A stretch of DNA of 63,942 nucleotides, counting the filler. It is 4 parts of 4 records of this genome, joined end to end, with 100 filler letters (N's around TTAATTAATTAA, not from the genome) between each part and the next. Parts side by side here need not be neighbours in the genome. Positions count along the whole stretch, not along the records: positions 58,131 to 63,942 come from DRR723986_5104; 3 more parts are not named here. One strand, 5' to 3'. The notes under the pieces are model-generated. The model worked only from the letters and a program-made list of their open reading frames with translations. It ran no database searches and had not been told where the DNA came from. The stretch's first letter is position 1. The number at the start of each line of letters is the position of its first letter. Made by a program: the position numbers and the translations under genes. This document shows, in pieces, positions 61,235 to 63,942 of the stretch.

Positions 61235-62061
61235 TGCAGATCTCTGGGTCCAAAGCGCGGCGTCATCTGGCCCGCCTTTGGTCCCGTCCCGTCCGCCGCG
61301 CCTTGCAAGTGGTTCGCCTGTGGCCGGTGGTTGCTCTTAGTGTCGGGTCTGGATCTATCGAGGCTCAAGCCGATTCAAATGGTATATTTGGTCGAATTCC
61401 CGATGGCCAAACCATCAAAGACGCGTCCTTTCAGCGCCCGACAACACGGTATCCTCATGGAGTGCTTGGCGATGCCATCGAATGGGGTGGACTATCTATC
61501 TCTTTTGACGGACCAGATGGTGAGACCACTGATGTCACGATAGAGCTCCCGCTTGATCACGTATTCGAAGATCTCAAACCCCGGCTTGTGGATCTGAACC
61601 TTGATGGGCACGCAGATGCCGTCATGGTGGTCGAAACGGATATGGCGCTTGGGGCAGCGCTTGCCCTGTATGGACCCAGCGGGAAACTTGTCGAAACACC
61701 CCATATTGGCCGTTCAAACCGCTGGCTTGCACCAGTCGGAGCAGCTGATTTGGATGGCGATGGGCGGATAGAAATAGCTTACGTTGACCGTCCGCATCTG
61801 GCAAAAACTCTGCGCATCTGGCGGCTTGATAACCGGCAACTGAGAGAAGTTACCCAGATACCCGGACTGACCAACCACCGCATCGGCGAGGACTTTATTT
61901 CCGGGGGTATCGCAAACTGCGGTCCTGCCCCCCAACTGATTCTTGCCTCGGGCGATTGGCGACGCATACAAGCCGTCACTTTTGATCACGGCTGGCACGT
62001 CAAAGATTTAGGACCATTCCGCAAAACAGACGATTTGACCACCGCCCTATCGTGTGACTGA
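61234..62061 (+). CDS. FG-GAP/VCBS repeat-containing protein
   Basis: PTTRYPHGVLGDAIEW, DLNLDG, ADLDGDGRIEIAYVDRPHL, NHRIG; TGATG overlap with the ferredoxin gene. Confidence 0.8.
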
Positions 62062-62074
62062 CACAATCCCAAAA

Positions 62075-62965
62075 TTAACGCAGCACGTGTGCAACGGGCT
62101 GCATCCGATCAGGCACTGTTTCACCCAGATGAGGCGCGAGGGAAATCTCAACCACCCGACACAAAGCATCTAGTGGCAGACCGTTCACCGTAGATCCAAA
62201 TGGACGCTCCAGTTCCTCGGTGACCGCAGCAAGCCCGAAAAAGACATAGGCGATCACGGCCACGAAAACAGGCGTCATCCAGCCCGCAACGTTCATCAGC
62301 CCGAGGGGCACCAACAGGCAATACAGCAAGCTGGTTCGATGCACTAACAGCGAATAGACAAACGGCAATGGCGTAGTCGCGATCCGTTCGCATCCAGCCT
62401 GCGCCAATGCCATTGAAGCAAGTCGCTCGGACAAAGCTTTGGCTCCAAACCCGTTAAGCACACCGTTTCTCTGCGCCTCCCCCAGAGAATGCGCGATCGC
62501 ATTCAGCGCCGCACAGGGCGGATGAGGTGTATCAATCAGATCGCCCCCCCAAACGCGCACCACTGCGTCCGGTGGAATGCCACGCAGGTTTACCCGATGC
62601 AGATGAATGAAACCGCCAGCCAATCGCGATAGGGAATGGCGCTGCGCCCCATCAGAAACAAACATGTCCAACTCTCGCGCAAAGGCCCGACAGTCGGCAA
62701 TCAACTGGCCCCACAACTTGCGCGCTTCCCACCACCGGTCATATGCCGCATTGTTTCGAAACCCTAAAAACAACGACAAGGCCACCCCAAAGACCGCAAA
62801 CGGAGCTGCCCCGGCCAAATGAATAGGCCAGATCGAATGATCGAACCAAACCAATGCGATAGAGATCCCCGTAACCACTGCAATACGGGGCAGAATCTTA
62901 GGCAGAACGGACCCGCGCATGGCAAAAGTCAGCGCCCACAGTCCCGGTTCATCACGTATGATCAA
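62075..62965 (-). CDS. Bestrophin family ion channel (YneE-like)
   Basis: FLGFRNNAAYDRWWEARKLWG, CERIATTPLPFVY, EELERPFG...N.LPL; TTG start inferred. Confidence 0.9.
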   Translation of the reverse strand: MIIRDEPGLWALTFAMRGSVLPKILPRIAVVTGISIALVWFDHSIWPIHLAGAAPFAVFGVALSLFLGFRNNAAYDRWWEARKLWGQLIADCRAFARELDMFVSDGAQRHSLSRLAGGFIHLHRVNLRGIPPDAVVRVWGGDLIDTPHPPCAALNAIAHSLGEAQRNGVLNGFGAKALSERLASMALAQAGCERIATTPLPFVYSLLVHRTSLLYCLLVPLGLMNVAGWMTPVFVAVIAYVFFGLAAVTEELERPFGSTVNGLPLDALCRVVEISLAPHLGETVPDRMQPVAHVLR

Positions 62966-63222
62966 TAGCTCAATCCACTTTTGCTCCGCCGCGCTTGCTG
63001 GTGTTAGATCACAAAACACCTAGGTCTCGGGCAAGTCATAGCCTCGTGGATTTGCAGGTGAATCTCTCACTGCAATACGTCACAGATACAAGTAAACACG
63101 CCATTTAAAAGCCGAGACGGATCGGTCAGGCGCAACCCCAGCCCGCGTCAGCGGGCTGCCCGGCCCAAGACCGTTGGCAGAGCATCTTTGATGCACTGCC
63201 AAAACGCGGGAGCACCCCGTTC

Positions 63223-63942
63223 TCAGAGGGCGCGCCAACCGATGTCGTTGCGATAAAACCCACCGGGCCAGTCGATGGCTTCCACCATCGCATAGGCCCG
63301 ATCCCGGGCCTCTTGCAACGTATCACCCCGCGCCGTCACGTTCAAAACACGCCCGCCCGAGGCAAGTATCGCACCACCTTCGGCTTTGGTGCCCGCATGA
63401 AACACCATGTTTTTGCTATCTTCCGGAAGCGCATCAAGCCCTTTGATTTCAGATCCCTTTTCATAAGACCCCGGATACCCGTTTGCCGCCATGACCACAG
63501 TAATCGCGTGGTCATCGCCCCAATTCACCTGCGTATCGTTCAAACGCCCTTCTGCCGCAGCATGCATCAGATCCATCGCCTGTGCCCCCAGACGCATCAT
63601 CAGAACCTGACATTCTGGATCGCCAAAGCGCACATTGTATTCCACAAGGCGGGGTTGCCCGTCCTTGATCATAAGCCCTACATACAACACACCCTGATAC
63701 GGCATGCCCCGTTTGGCCATTTCGGCCATCGTCGGACGCACAATCTGTTCCATGGCCCGCGCTTCGATTTCAGCGCTCAGCACTGGCGCCGGAGAATAGG
63801 CTCCCATACCGCCGGTATTGGGCCCGGTGTCGCCATCACCAACGCGTTTGTGGTCTTGTGCCGATCCCATCGACAGGATGTTTTCGCCATCGCAGAGCAC
63901 AAACAAAGACGCCTCTTCGCCTTCCATGAACTCTTCGATCAC
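63223..63942 (-). CDS. purD: Phosphoribosylamine--glycine ligase, 3' part (5' end outside the window)
   Basis: QDHKRV.DGDTGPNTGGMGAYSP, EYNVRFGDPE, FHAGT, GGRVL, YRNDIG. Confidence 0.97.
   Translation of the reverse strand: MIEEFMEGEEASLFVLCDGENILSMGSAQDHKRVGDGDTGPNTGGMGAYSPAPVLSAEIEARAMEQIVRPTMAEMAKRGMPYQGVLYVGLMIKDGQPRLVEYNVRFGDPECQVLMMRLGAQAMDLMHAAAEGRLNDTQVNWGDDHAITVVMAANGYPGSYEKGSEIKGLDALPEDSKNMVFHAGTKAEGGAILASGGRVLNVTARGDTLQEARDRAYAMVEAIDWPGGFYRNDIGWRAL

Overview
This is an alphaproteobacterial pseudomolecule of four contigs joined by 100-nt artificial linkers (N44-TTAATTAATTAA-N44 at 14544-14643, 27556-27655 and 58031-58130), so gene adjacency across linkers is meaningless. Contig 1 (1-14543) holds the 5' end of a DoeD-like class III aminotransferase, an MFS transporter, an ABM protein and a molybdopterin oxidoreductase. 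These are followed by an accessory block (OprB porin, secreted amidohydrolase, AraC, pentapeptide-repeat protein, AsmA, secreted orphan) whose intergenic regions contain arrays of a degenerate ~30-bp palindrome (12-6-12) joined by 15-16-bp linkers ending in GCAGCG. These look like recombination sites delimiting gene cassettes. Contig 2 (14644-27555) is a catabolic island: betaine-type ABC transporter, LysR, acyl-CoA ligase, DMSP-lyase-family cupin, FadB, thiolase, AraC and acyl-CoA dehydrogenase. It ends in the same repeat array and may encode a pathway for a longer-chain sulfonium/onium osmolyte. Contig 3 (27656-58030) is Hyphomicrobiales-like (possibly Roseibium/Labrenzia) core genome: ETF-QO 3' end, a 1.1-kb ORF-free region with two divergent paralogous putative ncRNAs, DEAD-box helicase, malic enzyme, moaB, SOS-boxed radical SAM, rnhB, F0 ATP synthase operon, smc, dsbA, DUF721, mutY, bfr, amn and partial ccrM. 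Contig 4 (58131-63942) is Roseobacteraceae-like core: alpha/beta hydrolase, GST, PG-binding lipoprotein, 2Fe-2S ferredoxin, FG-GAP protein, bestrophin and partial purD. All assignments come from recognising motifs by eye; no database search was run.
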